From Nemertoderma westbladi (taxonomy: Eukaryota; Animalia; Xenacoelomorpha): a stretch of 64,000 bases of DNA. Within the stretch, counting starts at the first letter, position 1. Every line of letters begins with the position of its first letter. A program made the position numbers and the translations under genes. The DNA lies in the NCBI GenBank assembly GCA_032718475.1, contig JAUCBJ010001059.1:1881-65880 (forward strand), read 5' to 3'. Under the pieces are notes generated by a model. That model was not told the origin of the DNA and searched no databases. It worked only from the letters and a program-made list of their open reading frames with translations. Shown here one piece after another: positions 54,001 through 64,000 of the stretch.

Positions 54001-57000
54001 ATGAATATTCAACCGTGTATGGTCAACGCACATACGTAATTTACCGTTCTTTTTCGTTGTCACGACCAGGGGACTAACAAACTCAGTTGGGTAGTCCACT
54101 TTTGAAATAACTCCCTTTAATTCCATCTGATTGAGGTTTTCTTTGATTTCCTCGCGGTAAGCAAATGGTATGGGGCGAGCGGCGTGGACTGCGTACGCCT
54201 CGTATCCCTTTTTCATGTAGATATGCATAGGGTCACCAGACATGGTGGGCAGTTCGACATTAGGTGAACTCCCGGCAAACACGTCATTGAATTCGCAAAC
54301 AAGCTGTTGGTGGGTGTTTTCGATAGTTTTTATAGGTGTGTCGTCCGTGATTGGCGGTGGGGTTGACACAGTAAGCAGGTTCCCTCGTTGAGCGGTTATA
54401 TAGCCGGGAATTGGAAATTCTGGGGCTAATAGTCCGTGCTGTTTACATACAATGTATGACATTAGAAACCCATCGAAATCGGAGGTAATATATGCAACGG
54501 TGGGTATACAACGTTCATAGTAAATTATATTAATTGAAATGGAACCAAGACATTCCATTTGTGTTTTATTTGCAGCTAACAGCGGTATGACGTCATTGGG
54601 GTTGATATACTGGGTTAAACCATGGGTTTCGACAATAGAATTCGAAATTATGGTGTCATCCGCCCCAGTATCAACTACTGATGAATTTATGAAAAAGGTT
54701 GCATCATGGCAGGAGACAGAGACGCGTATCCTAGGTGGTTTCGATGAAACAGCATAAATGAATGCATTATTGTTGTTTATGTTTCCATCCTCGAGATCGG
54801 TTGCAATATAGCTATTATGGGAGGCTTTATTTGGATGCGACCGAGGGACAGGTTTAGGAGTCGTGGAGGTCGAGGTAGCGGACTGTTTCTTACCGCAAAC
54901 AGGAGCTATGTGACCTTGTATACCACAAGCGTGACAGGTACTGGATCGATGCGGGCACTGACTCCGTTCGTGGGCTGAGTAACACTTTTGACAAGATTTT
55001 CGCCGTTCATAAGGTTGCTGGTTGGAGCGGGGGGCGGAGGGACTCCGTCTTTGTTTGTGGCGTGGGCCTCGGTACCGTGGGTTGGAGGTTGATCGACCGC
55101 GGTGCTGTTCTGAATCTGTTGCATGTTTCCAACCGGATGTAGAATTTCCAGGGCCAGAAACTTTCAATGTTTTGGAGACTGCACCAGTAGCATCGCGGCG
55201 TGATTGTTCCCGGGCTCAACAAACCTTAAGAACATCGTCCAGGGTGGGGTCATCGTACTGTTCGAATATTTTCTCCCTGAGTTCGTCATCGTTGATGCCG
55301 GAAATAATTTGGGTCATAAGTTGCTGTTCCGAGCAATGGTTACAGGGTTCGGAATTACTCTGTAAGTCGGACAAGCGGACATAGTAGTCATCAAAGGATT
55401 CGCCCTGAGACTGTTTAGTGCGGGTAAACTCCACACGGCGGCACACAACGTTGGTTTTGCGACGATAATGAGCAAGGAGTTGGTCGAGAATTTCGTTGAC
55501 CGTCATGGTGTCGGTGACGTGCATGATGACTCGCATCGCATCCTGAGTTTTACGGGAGATGCAGCCATAAAGGTGAACAACCTGGGCTGCGAGGTCGAGA
55601 GAGAGGATGTCGTTAACGTTATAAAAGCGTTCGAACTGTTCTCGCCAGGTTTTGAACTGCGCTAGGGTATAGTCGTTTGTTAATGGTTCGGGTTTGTAAG
55701 AGGAATCCACGCGGCGGGATGTCCTGTGGTCGCCAGCGGCAGCGGGCGCGGGGCCGTGGCCGGGGGCTATGGCAGCGCCGCGCGGGCCCTGGGTACCAGG
55801 AACCGGTACGGCTGGGCGTTGTTGATCCGTGAGGAACTGGAAGAAGGCGTTTTGCTGGTCGCGTGCAGCGGCCTGCTGTTCGCGGATGAAACCCATTAAC
55901 ACAGCGACGGAATCGCCTTCCACGGTTCGGTAAACTTCCTCCACGCCAGGGTTGGAGGTGATGTCGGACACATTATGTTCGCGGACAAATTTCATAATTA
56001 TGCAACGCATAGAATCTGTGTTCGTCTTGGCGTCGACGCTGATGCTGAACTGTGTGGCCCACTCCCGGAGTTGATCCCGTGGCTGCGTGGGGCGTCAGCA
56101 ACGTCAGCCAAAGATGGTAAATCTTCCAAGTTGGATGCCATAACAGATACGGTGATACAGAAAATGTGTACCAGTGTACAGTTGAGTAAAGTACGGTATG
56201 GTATTGCAGTATTGAGAACGGTATTGCAAAGTTCAGAAGTTGGGGTGTATCGCTGAGGTAGCAGACTACACAAACTGCGCCATGCTATGTTGTGAGGTGA
56301 GCCGAAAGATAGAACAAGAGTTTATCTGAAGCATGTACACAACATAATAATCAATATAATACATATATAGATGTGATAGATAAGTCAGCAGTCAGGTGGG
56401 CGCCGACTGCATAGCAGATATACCAGATACCGGTATGGTAGGTATCAGTATGCTATAAGAAGAACGGTACAGCAGTAAGGTATATGCAGTAAGGTAACCG
56501 ACAGAACAGTATAACATACATATATACTATATGGCTACGAGTAGGTCACGAGTATCTCTCATACTGTACGCGGTACAGTGTTACACAATGTACCGTACCA
56601 GATACGGAATGCATCCGGCTGTACGCGGTACAGTGTTACACAATGTACCGCACCAGATACGGAACGCATCCGGCTGTACTGTACGCGGTACAGTGTTACA
56701 CAATGTACCGTACCAGATACGGAATGCATCCGGCTGTACGCGGTACAGTGTTACACAATGTTCCGCACCAGATACGGAACGCATCCGGCTGTACGCGGTA
56801 CAGTGTTACACAATGTACCGTACCAGATACGGAATGCATCCGGCTGTACGCGGTACAGTGTTACACAATGTGCCGCACCAGATACGGAATGCATCCGGCT
56901 GTACGCGGTACAGTGTTACACAATGTACCGCACCAGATACGGAACGCATCCGGCTGTACTGTACGCGGTACAGTGTTACACAATGTACCGTACCAGATAC

Positions 57001-59990
57001 GGAATGCATCCGGCTGTACGCGGTACAGTGTTACACAATGTACCGCACCAGATACGGAACGCATCCGGCTGTACGCGGTACAGTGTTACACAATGTACCG
57101 TACCAGATACGGAATGCATCCGGCTGTACGCGGTACAGTGTTACACAATGTACCGTACCAGATACGGAACGCATCCGGCTGTACGCGGTACAGTGTTACA
57201 CAATGTACCGTACCAGATACGGAATGCAACCGGCTGTACGCGGTACAGTGTTACACAATGTACCGCACCAGATACGGAACGCATCCGGCTGTACGCGGTA
57301 CAGTGTTACACAATGTACCGTACCAGATACGGCATGCATCCGGCTGTACTGTACGCGGTACAGTGTTACACAATGTACCGTACCAGATACGGAATGCATC
57401 CGGCTGTACTGTACGCGGTACAGTGTTACACAATGTACCGTACCAGATACGGAACGCATCCGGCTGTACGCGGTACAGTGTTACACAATGTACCGTACCA
57501 GATACGGAATGCATCCGGCTGTACGCGGTACAGTGTTACACAATGTACCGTACCAGATACGGAATGCATCCGGCTGTACGCGGTACAGTGTTACACAATG
57601 TACCGCAACAGATACGAAATGCATCCGGCTGTACTGTACGCGGTACAGTGTTACACAATGTACCGTACCAGATACGGAATGCATCCGGCTGTACGCGGTA
57701 CAGTGTTACACAATGTACCGCACCAGATACGGAACGCATCCGGCTGTACTGTACGCGGTACAGTGTTACACAATGTACCGTACCAGATACGGAATGCATC
57801 CGGCTGTACGCGGTACAGTGTTACACAATGTTCCGCACCAGATACGGAACGCATCCGGCTGTACGCGGTACAGTGTTACACAATGTACCGTACCAGATAC
57901 GGAATGCATCCGGCTGTACGCGGTACAGTGTTACACAATGTGCCGCACCAGATACGGAATGCATCCGGCTGTACGCGGTACAGTGTTACACAATGTACCG
58001 CACCAGATACGGAACGCATCCGGCTGTACTGTACGCGGTACAGTGTTACACAATGTACCGTACCAGATACGGAATGCATCCGGCTGTACGCGGTACAGTG
58101 TTACACAATGTACCGCACCAGATACGGAATGCATCCGGCTGTACTGTACGCGGTACAGTGTTACACAATGTACCGCAACAGATACGAAATGCATCCGGCT
58201 GTACTGTACGCGGTACAGTGTTACACAATGTACCGTACCAGATACGGAATGCATCCGGCTGTACGCGGTACAGTGTTACACAATGTTCCGCACCAGATAC
58301 GGAACGCATCCGGCTGTACGCGGTACAGTGTTACACAATGTACCGTACCAGATACGGAATGCATCCGGCTGTACGCGGTACAGTGTTACACAATGTGCCG
58401 CACCAGATACGGAATGCATCCGGCTGTACGCGGTACAGTGTTACACAATGTACCGCACCAGATACGGAACGCATCCGGCTGTACTGTACGCGGTACAGTG
58501 TTACACAATGTACCGTACCAGATACGGAATGCATCCGGCTGTACGCGGTACAGTGTTACACAATGTACCGTACCAGATACGGAATGCAACCGGCTGTACG
58601 CGGTACAGTGTTACACAATGTACCGCAACAGATACGGAATGCATCCGGCTGTACGCGGTACAGTGTTACACAATGTACCGCACCAGATACGGAATGCATC
58701 CGGCTGTACGCGGTACAGTGTTACACAATGTGCCGCACCAGATACGGAACGCATCCGGCTGTACGCGGTACAGTGTTACACAATGTACCGCACCAGATAC
58801 GGAACGCATCCGGCTGTACTGTACGCGGTACAGTGTTACACAATGTACCGCAACAGATACGGAATGCATCCGGCTGTACGCGGTACAGTGTTACACAATG
58901 TACCGCACCAGATACGGAATGCATCCGGCTGTACGCGGTACAGTGTTACACAATGTACCGCACCAGATACGGAACGCATCCGGCTGTACTGTACGCGGTA
59001 CAGTGTTACACAATGTACCGCAACAGATACGGAATGCATCCGGCTGTACGCGGTACAGTGTTACACAATGTACCGCACCAGATACGGAATGCATCCGGCT
59101 GTACGCGGTACAGTGTTACACAATGTACCGCACCAGATACGGAATGCATCCGGCTGTACGCGGTACAGTGTTACACAATGTACCGTACCAGATACGGAAT
59201 GCATCCGGCTGTACGCGGTACAGTGTTACACAATGTACCGCACCAGATACGGAACGCATCCGGCTGTACTGTACGCGGTACAGTGTTACACAATGTACCG
59301 CACCAGATACGGAACGCATCCGGCTGTACTGTACGCGGTACAGTGTTACACAATGTACCGTACCAGATACGGAATGCATCCGGCTGTACGCGGTACAGTG
59401 TTACACAATGTACCGTACCAGATACGGAATGCATCCGGCTGTACGCGGTACAGTGTTACACAATGTACAGTACCAGATAAGGAATGCATCCGGCTGTACG
59501 CGGTACAGTGTTACACAATGTACCGTACCAGATACGGAATGCATCCGGCTGTACGCGGTACAGTGTTACACAATGTGCCGCACCAGATACGGAATGCATC
59601 CGGCTGTACGCGGTACAGTGTTACACAATGTACCGCACCAGATATCTTACTAACCTCCATCGGGTGACAGGGGATGAGGTGGTGACGTAGATATTGTTGT
59701 AGACGTAGACGACGGTGTTGATGAAGCCTTAGATGATGGTTGGACGGAGGCCGATAGATAGTCAACCTGACGGGGGATCGATTGGGGCCAAGCCGACGAT
59801 GGGGACAGACGGAGAACACCTGACGTATCGGTATCCATGGTTACAGAATGCGGCAATGTAGGGGAGCCAGATGATGGGGTAACCAATGGGTGGAGGTCCT
59901 CATTATGTGACGTCACAACGCTACCAGGTGACGTCACTGCGTGGCCAGACTTGACTGAGTGGAATTTCTCGATGAATTTCCGATTGCGAT
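39013..59990 (-). CDS. NPAT: NPAT/Mxc-like histone-locus-body protein, 3' four exons (5' part beyond the window)
   Basis: Exons 59990-59655, 46093-45873, 45809-45639, 42933-39013, phase-compatible GT-AG. Islands ELISNEGFSSRLAFNINK, SLDELLSMP..TDPALDQLLDMI and C-terminal EIDSFLDSIDYS* resemble recalled human NPAT KLAENINK, SDPAFQALFDLF and MDVDKFLLSLHYDE*. The rest is S/T/P-rich and low complexity. Confidence 0.8.
43034..45399. mobile_element. Non-autonomous TIR element in the last NPAT intron
   Basis: 19-bp perfect inverted repeat TCACTAAAAGTGGCCAAAA at 43034 and TTTTGGCCACTTTTAGTGA at 45381; internal CATTACAGG repeats; no clear TSD. Confidence 0.55.
44470..45150 (+). mobile_element. Non-LTR retrotransposon 3' fragment nested in the TIR element
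   Basis: YEYLGVTMQP, IFKAKIAPIILYA, DRVKSMYCKRMLSL, C-terminal CCRYC..HVLVCP. Confidence 0.7.
46415..51187. repeat. 55-bp minisatellite (60-bp variant with extra TGTAC), left block, ~85 units, NPAT intron
   Basis: Unit TGCATCCGGCTGTACGCGGTACAGTGTTACACAATGTACCGYAMCAGATACGGAA. Confidence 0.98.
51188..56561 (-). mobile_element. Full-length Gypsy (Mag-like) LTR retrotransposon
   Basis: LTRs 51188-51466 and 56283-56561 (279 bp, TG..CA, identical by eye); TSD TACTG; PBS TGGCGCAGT; PPT GAAAGGGGGAGA. Confidence 0.97.
51505..56010 (-). CDS. Gag-Pol polyprotein (gag, zinc knuckles, PR, RT, RNase H, IN), interrupted by one in-frame TGA at 55218-55216
   Basis: CHACGIQGHIAPVC, VDTGA, LRMCVDH, GYWQIPL, IVDDI, TDAS, DHKPL, ADALSR, HASHQG..CDSC, TDGGPQF, PQSNGHAE. 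ORFs 55216-56010 and 51505-55167 are in the same frame. Confidence 0.93.
56562..59645. repeat. 55-bp minisatellite, right block, ~55 units
   Basis: Same unit as the left block; ends about 10 nt from the GAG|GTTAGT donor at 59655/59654. Confidence 0.98.
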
Positions 59991-60169
59991 CTATTGTTAT
60001 TAAATATAATAAAAATTATTGGTAATAAGTAATATCAGCACAAAAATACTGTAAAATATCAATAGAATATATTTGGGTAACGGGTCATAGCCAAATGCTA
60101 ATGTAAACAAATATATTAATAAGCTACAAAATTTAATACTTAATATTAAGGTTAGCAGCAAGTCTGATT

Positions 60170-63100
60170 GATGACGTCACTAACTTGCTTGTAACTGAGC
60201 TATAATGTTGGATGACGTCACTAACTTGCTTGTAACTGAGCTATAATGTTGGATGACGTCACTAACTTGCTTGTAACTGAGCTATAATTTTGGATGACGT
60301 CACTAACTTGCTTGTAACTGAGCTAAAATGTTGGATGACGTCACTAACTTGCTTGTAACTGAGCTATAATGTTGGATGACGTCACTAACTTGCTTGTAAC
60401 TGAGCTATAATGTTGGATGACGTCACTAACTTGCTTGTAACTGAGCTATAATGTTGGATGACGTCACTAACTTGCTTGTAACTGAGCTATAATTTTGGAT
60501 GACGTCACTAACTTGCTTGTAACTGAGCTAAAATGTTGGATGACGTCACTAACTTGCTTGTAACTGAGCTATAATGTTGGATGACGTCACTAACTTGCTT
60601 GTAACTGAGCTATAATGTTGGATGACGTCACTAACTTGTTTGTAACTGAGCTATAATGTTGGATGACGTCACTAACTTGCTTGTAACTGAGTTCTACTAT
60701 TAGATGAAGTCAATAACTTGCTTGTAACTGAGATAAAATGTTGGATGACGTCACTAACTTGTTTGTAACTGAGCTATAATGTTGGATGACGTCACTAACT
60801 TGTTTGTAACTGAGCTCTACTATTAGATGACGTCAATAACTTGCTTGTAACTGAGCTAATATGTTGGATGACGTCTCTAACTTGCTTGTAACTGAGCTAA
60901 AATGTTGGATGACGTCACTAACTTGCTTGTAACTGAGCTATAATGTTGGATGACGTCACTAACTTGTTTGTAACTGAGCTATAATGTTTGATGACGTCAC
61001 TAACTTGCTTGTAACTGAGCTATAATGTTGGATGACGTCACTAACTTGTTTGTAACTGAGCTATAATGGTGGATGACGTCACTAACTTGCTTGTAACTGA
61101 GCTATAATGTTGGATGACGTCACTAACTTGTTTGTAACTGAGCTATAATGTTGGATGACGTCACTAACTTGCTTGTAACTGAGCTCTACTATTAGATGAC
61201 GTCAATAACTTGCTTGTAACTGAGCTATAATGTTGGATGACGTCACTAACTTGTTTGTAACTGAGCTATAATGTTGGATGACGTCACTAACTTGCTTGTA
61301 ACTGAGCTATAATGTTGGATGACGTCACTAACTTGCTTGTAACTGAGCTATAATGTTGGATGACGTCACTAACTTGCTTGTAACTGAGATAAAATGTTGG
61401 ATGACGTCACTAACTTGTTTGTAACTGAGCTATAATGTTGGATGACGTCACTAACTTGTTTGTAACTGAGCTCTACTATTAGATGACGTCAATAACTTGC
61501 TTGTAACTGAGCTAAAATGTTGGATGACGTCACTAACTTGCTTGTAACTGAGCTATAATGTTGGATGACGTCACTAACTTGTTTGTAACTGAGCTCTACT
61601 ATTAGATGACGTCACTAACTTGTTTGTAACTGAGCTATAATGTTGGATGACGTCACTAACTTGCTTGTAACTGAGCTATAATGTTGGATGACGTCACTAA
61701 CTTGTTTGTAACTGAGCTATAATGTTGGATGACGTCACTAACTTGTTTGTAACTGAGCTATAATGTTGGATGACGTCACTAACTTGCTTGTAACTGAGCT
61801 ATAATGTTGGATGACGTCACTAACTTGCTTGTAACTGAGCTATAATGTTGGATGACGTCACTAACTTGCTTGTAACTGAGCTATAATGTTGGATGACGTC
61901 ACTAACTTGTTTGTAACTGAGCTATAATGTTGGATGACCGTCACTAACTTGTTTGTAACTGAGCTATAATGTTGGATGACGTCACTAACTTGCTTGTAGC
62001 TGAGCTATAATGTTGGATGACGTCACTAACTTCGTCAATAACTTGCTTGTAACTGAGCTAATATGTTGGATGACGTCACTAACTTGCTTGTAACTGAGCT
62101 AAAATGTTGGATGACGTCACTAACTTGCTTGTAACTGAGCTATAATGTTGGATGACGTCACTAACTTGTTTGTAACTGAGCTATAATGTTTGATGACGTC
62201 ACTAACTTGCTTGTAACTGAGCTATAATGTTGGATGACGTCACTAACTTGTTTGTAACTGAGCTATAATGTTGGATGACGTCACTAACTTGCTTGTAACT
62301 GAGCTATAATGTTGGATGACGTCACTAACTTGTTTGTAACTGAGCTATAATGTTGGATGACGTCACTAACTTGCTTGTAACTGAGCTCTACTATTAGATG
62401 ACGTCAATAACTTGCTTGTAACTGAGCTATAATGTTGGATGACGTCACTAACTTGTTTGTAACTGAGCTATAATGTTGGATGACGTCACTAACTTGCTTG
62501 TAACTGAGCTATAATGTTGGATGACGTCACTAACTTGCTTGTAACTGAGCTATAATGTTGGATGACGTCACTAACTTGCTTGTAACTGAGATAAAATGTT
62601 GGATGACGTCACTAACTTGTTTGTAACTGAGCTATAATGTTGGATGACGTCACTAACTTGTTTGTAACTGAGCTCTACTATTAGATGACGTCAATAACTT
62701 GCTTGTAACTGAGCTAAAATGTTGGATGACGTCACTAACTTGCTTGTAACTGAGCTATAATGTTGGATGACGTCACTAACTTGTTTGTAACTACGTCACT
62801 AACTTGCTTGTAACTGAGCTATAATGTTGGATGACGTCACTAACTTGTTTGTAACTGAGCTATAATGTTGGATGACGTCACTAACTTGCTTGTAACTGAG
62901 CTATAATGTTGGATGACGTCACTAACTTGCTTGTAACTGAGCTATAATGTTGGATGACGTCACTAACTTGTTTGTAACTGAGCTATAATGTTGGATGACG
63001 TCACTAACTTGCTTGTAACTGAGCTATAATGTTGGATGACGTCACTAACTTGTTTGTAACTGAGCTATAATGTTGGATGACGTCACTAACTTGCTTGTAA

Positions 63101-64000
63101 CTGAGCTATAATGTTGGATGACGTCACTAACTTGCTTGTAACTGAGCTATAATGTTGGATGACGTCACTAACTTGCTTGTAACTGAGCTATAATGTTGGA
63201 TGACGTCACTAACTTGCTTGTAACTGAGCTATAATGTTGGATGACGTCACTAACTTGTTTGTAACTGAGCTATAATGTTGGATGACGTCACTAACTTGTT
63301 TGTAACTGAGCTATAATGTTGGATGACGTCACTAACTTGCTTGTAACTGAGCTATAATGTTGGATGACGTCTCTAACTTGCTTGTAACTGAGCTATAATG
63401 TTGGATGACGTCACTAACTTGCTTGTAACTGAGCTATAATGTTGGATGACGTCACTAACTTGTTTGTAACTGAGCTATAATGTTGGATGACGTCACTAAC
63501 TTGCTTGTAACTGAGCTATAATGTTGGATGACGTCACTAACTTGTTTGTAACTGAGCTATAATGTTGGATGACGTCACTAACTTACTTGTAACTGAGCTA
63601 TAATGTTGGATGACGTCACTAACTTGCTTGTAACTGAGCTATAATGTTGGATGACGTCACTAACTTGCTTGTAACCGAGCTCTACTATTAGATGACGTCA
63701 ATAACTTGCTTGTAACTGAGCTAAAATGTTGGATGACGTCACTAACTTGCTTGTAACTGAGCTATAATGTTGGATGACGTCACTAACTTGTTTGTAACTG
63801 AGCTATAATGGTGGATGACGTTACTAACTTACTTGTAACTGAGCTATAATGTTGGATGACGTCACTAACTTGCTTGTAACTGAGCTCTACTATTAGATGA
63901 CGTCACTAACTTGTTTGTAACTGAGCTATAATGTTGGATGACGTCACTAACTTGCTTGTAACTGAGCTATAATGTTGGATGACGTCACTAACTTGCTTGT
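60170..64000. repeat. 41-bp minisatellite, more than 90 units, runs off the right edge (NPAT intron)
   Basis: Unit GATGACGTCACTAACTTGCTTGTAACTGAGCTATAATGTTG; minor variant ...GAGCTCTACTATTAGATG. Confidence 0.98.

Noticed and set aside
46398-59667. 945-1600-aa plus-strand ORFs in all three frames
   Set aside because: The 55-bp unit lacks stops on this strand; all frames are open, the unit is not 3n, and the ORFs are antisense within an intron.
62025-62800. Abrupt register breaks in the 41-bp array near 62032 and 62792
   Set aside because: May be assembly joins; cannot be judged without reads.
60170-64000. CRISPR-like appearance of the arrays
   Set aside because: Head-to-tail units with no unique spacers, no cas genes, eukaryotic context.

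Overview
AT-rich invertebrate-animal nuclear DNA with spliceosomal introns. I could build five host genes by hand: a complete 12-exon Drp1/DNM1L (minus, 675 aa), an intronless RUFY1/2-like gene, an intronless WDR31, a 3-exon mitochondrial thioredoxin TXN2 (plus), and the 3' four exons of a divergent NPAT/Mxc-like gene whose 5' end lies beyond the window. Mobile elements include two Gypsy LTR retrotransposons (one complete, with apparently identical 279-bp LTRs and a 5-bp TSD), RTE/CR1 LINE relics and nested non-autonomous DNA transposons. The most unusual observation is that the intronic minisatellites sit at 5' splice sites. The 45-bp Drp1 array is the exon-10 end plus its GTTAGT donor amplified about 90 times, with the first 16 donors in frame. 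The 41-bp NPAT array looks like the same kind of exon-end plus donor amplification, and the 55-bp NPAT array starts about 10 nt after a GTTAGT donor. The long ORFs over the arrays are mostly repeat artefacts. Gene names rest on recalled motifs, not database searches.
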